Assembly (NCBI RefSeq): GCF_009834535.1 | Contig: NC_045704.1 | Coordinates: forward strand, 12,834,001-12,898,000 | Origin: Camelus ferus | Lineage: Eukaryota | Length of the DNA: 64,000 bases | Direction of reading: 5' to 3' | Shown here: one piece after another, positions 61,020 to 64,000 of the stretch | How the letters are laid out: each line of letters opens with the position of its first letter | Position numbering within the stretch: the stretch's first letter is position 1 | Notes under the pieces: generated by a model | The model's database searches: none | What the model saw: the letters and a program-made list of their open reading frames with translations, nothing else | Told to the model about the DNA's origin: nothing | Translations under genes and position numbers: made by a program

Positions 61020-61410
61020 GGCATAAAGACCCTTGTCTAATGAGCAATGTGGCAGAAGCAACAGCGCAGTGTCCGAGATCGTGTGGCTTCCTCTTTGCTC
61101 TCTCCTTTCAATCATTCACTCTGGGGAAAGCCAGCTGCCAAGTCTTGAAGACACTCAAGCCACCCTACGGCAAAGTCCACATGGCAAGGAACAGAGGTTC
61201 CAGCCAACAGCCACACAAGTGAGCCACCTTAGAAGTAGCTTCTGTAACTCCGGTCAAACTCATGGCGACTGCACCCTCACAAGAGAGCCTTGAGCCTATA
61301 CCATCCCACTAACCTGCTCCCAAACTCCTGGATGGTCAGAAACCCTATGATGATAAATGTTTAAGTCACTGAGTTGTGGGGTGGGTGGGCTAATCGTTAC
61401 ACAGCAAGAC
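61020..61410 (+). mobile_element. MLT1-type MaLR LTR
   Basis: gccagctgcca..cactcaagc..ccacatggcaaggaac..gagg..ccagccaacagcc..; ends tgttacacagcaa. Confidence 0.7.
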
Positions 61411-61529
61411 CTAAAAGATATAATGATCCCAGACCAACCACCTCCCAGGGCTCCAGAAAAGCCACCTTCTCGTTCTAGACCCTTTGTCTATGCCATCCCC
61501 TGAGCCCCCCGCACGCCGCAAGACAGAGG

Positions 61530-62369
61530 CACTCCAGCCAGCCAGTAAAGTGTTTGCCATTGGGTTTTCGTTTGGCTGGTTGTGTGTACACAGTGTATAC
61601 AAGTTGAGTTGTACAGAAGCCCAAGAGAGAGCAAGAGACAAGGGGAGGGGGGAGATGGGAGCAGAGGGGTTAGGAGGGGAGAGAAGAGACTGATAAAAAA
61701 TAGAACCACATCCAGATGACAATGGGGTGAGGGTAGGGGTGGGGAGGGTGGGGGGGCAGACACAGACAAATCGCAGTAGAAAAGGAGTGGGAGGAGCAAA
61801 GGGAGGGGACCCTCCCCCCCCGACCTCCCCAGCCCCCCGCCCCAGGTATGTACAATAAATAAGATTAAAAATAATTAACAAGATGCATTTTCCCCCTCCC
61901 ACCCGACACCAAATGCCCTGGGGAGGGAATGGCCTTTAGCAAAGATCTTGGCCTGTAAGGGGGGCTTGGGGGGGGAGGGGGTCCCCCAGCTCTCTGAAGC
62001 CGCCCCGCCCCCCTCAACCATACATAGACTTTTCCTATACATTATGTACAAGGTGGAGGGGGCTGGGGCTATGGCCGTGGAGGGGGGATTGGGGCAAGGG
62101 GGAAGGGAAACCGTTACTAAATAGACATTTATACATATATATAAATAATTTCTCTGTACACCGGACAGTGGGAGGAGGGGGGAGGGAGTGGAGAGAGCTT
62201 GGGAGAGGGGGGAGTCGAACTCTGAACCCTGCCCTGTTGGGGCAGCATGGACACACCCTGACCAATGACCCCCCCCCACCTTCCCCGGCACCAGGGCCCA
62301 GGGGTTAGCTCCTGAGGGCACAGTTCTGTCCCAATTCTCGGTTCGTGGAGGAGGTGGCCCCACCCCCAG
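61530..62369 (-). other. PRR12: PRR12 3' UTR (end approximate)
   Basis: Repeat-free region downstream of the last exon, with Pumilio elements TGTACATA at 61847-61854 and 62043-62050, AU-rich elements, and a UGUA-rich terminal block. Confidence 0.7.
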
Positions 62370-62381
62370 NNNNNNNNNNNN

Positions 62382-63151
<770 letters not shown>

Positions 63152-63299
63152 TCAGATTTCAAGTGGTCAGATGCCTCGGTTTCCCCTAGGGAACTGCAGA
63201 TCAGGAAAGACACTTGGGAGTCTTGGTGTCCTCCAAGGACAGCGAAAACCTAGGCATACCTGGTGACCCTTAAAATGTGCTTTGTGGCCAGATCCAAGC

Positions 63300-63860
63300 T
63301 TCTCAGAGACACCTAACATCCCAGGATTCAGAGCTCACATCCTACTCAAAATTCTAAGAGCCTGAAATCCAGAATCCCTTGTGCCAGGCTAACCGATCCC
63401 AGAAGTATAAAACCAGACTAATAGTCCATCCATTCCATGATTCTCAGACCTGTTCCTCATATTCCACAATGGAATTCTTAACCCTAACATAACATCCGAT
63501 CCAGACTTCTCAGAGCCAGACTAACAGTCAATTCCACGATACTCACAGTCATCCTAAGATCCCACCCAGAGTTCCAGAGCCACATTAACATTTTACCCCA
63601 TGTCTTCATAGTCAGATTAACATCTCTCCAAGAATTTTCAGAGCTAGCCTAAAATCCATCCCAGAATTCTCAGACCTAGACTAACATCCATCAAGAACCC
63701 GCAGGGCCAGACTAATGTTCCATCCCAAAATTCTGAGCCATCCTAACATTTTAATCCCCCAATTCTCAGCACCACACTAACATCCTCATCAGAATTCTCA
63801 GAGCCAGATTAATGTTCTTTCCCAGGATTCTTGGAGTCACCCTAATATTCCACCCCAAAA
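63300..63860 (+). repeat. Degenerate ~32-bp minisatellite in a PRR12 intron
   Basis: Consensus about CCAGAATTCTCAGAGCCAGACTAACATCCATC; (c/t)taa anchors spaced 30-35 nt across 63521-63841. Confidence 0.8.
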
Positions 63861-64000
63861 GGGAAATTATGTAGATGACTTCATATTGGAGCCTGAGATT
63901 TGAAGAGCCTGAATTACATGGACAGAGAACCGCTCAACGCTGTGCCCCAGAATGAGGTCTAGGTATAGGCCCTAGTCTACCCTTTGCCCCCAGGCTTGCA

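Noticed and set aside
63300-63860. 32-bp periodic array as a CRISPR-like locus
   Set aside because: Units are contiguous with no unique spacers, no cas genes are present, and the context is a mammalian intron.

Overview
Mammalian genomic DNA, most likely a camelid, based on about 12 copies of a tRNA-derived SINE of the Vic-1 type. The window is syntenic with human 19q13.33 but in reverse orientation. Gene order along the + strand: CPT1C (-, 5' part only), ADM5 (-, intact), PRMT1 (-), BCL2L12 (-), IRF3 (+), SCAF1 (-), RRAS (+), PRR12 (-, last 3 exons and 3' UTR). I resolved exon boundaries by eye (GT-AG, phase and length checks). Four N gaps hide SCAF1 exon 10, part of SCAF1 exon 7, most of the last PRR12 exon and part of an L1. 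There is no prokaryotic-type or CRISPR system. The most notable observations are: an intact ADM5 prohormone with apparently relocated convertase sites; a mirtron hairpin (miR-5088-like) in PRMT1 intron 5; a five-copy octamer-like cluster in the RRAS promoter; a ~95-bp duplication of the RRAS 3' UTR inside a MIR; a short uORF in CPT1C exon 1; candidate PRMT1 microexons; a +1 frameshift in SCAF1 (probably an assembly error); an unexplained CpG-retaining coding-like island in a SCAF1 intron; and several degenerate minisatellites. Comparisons with human or pig sequences are from memory and need alignment to confirm.
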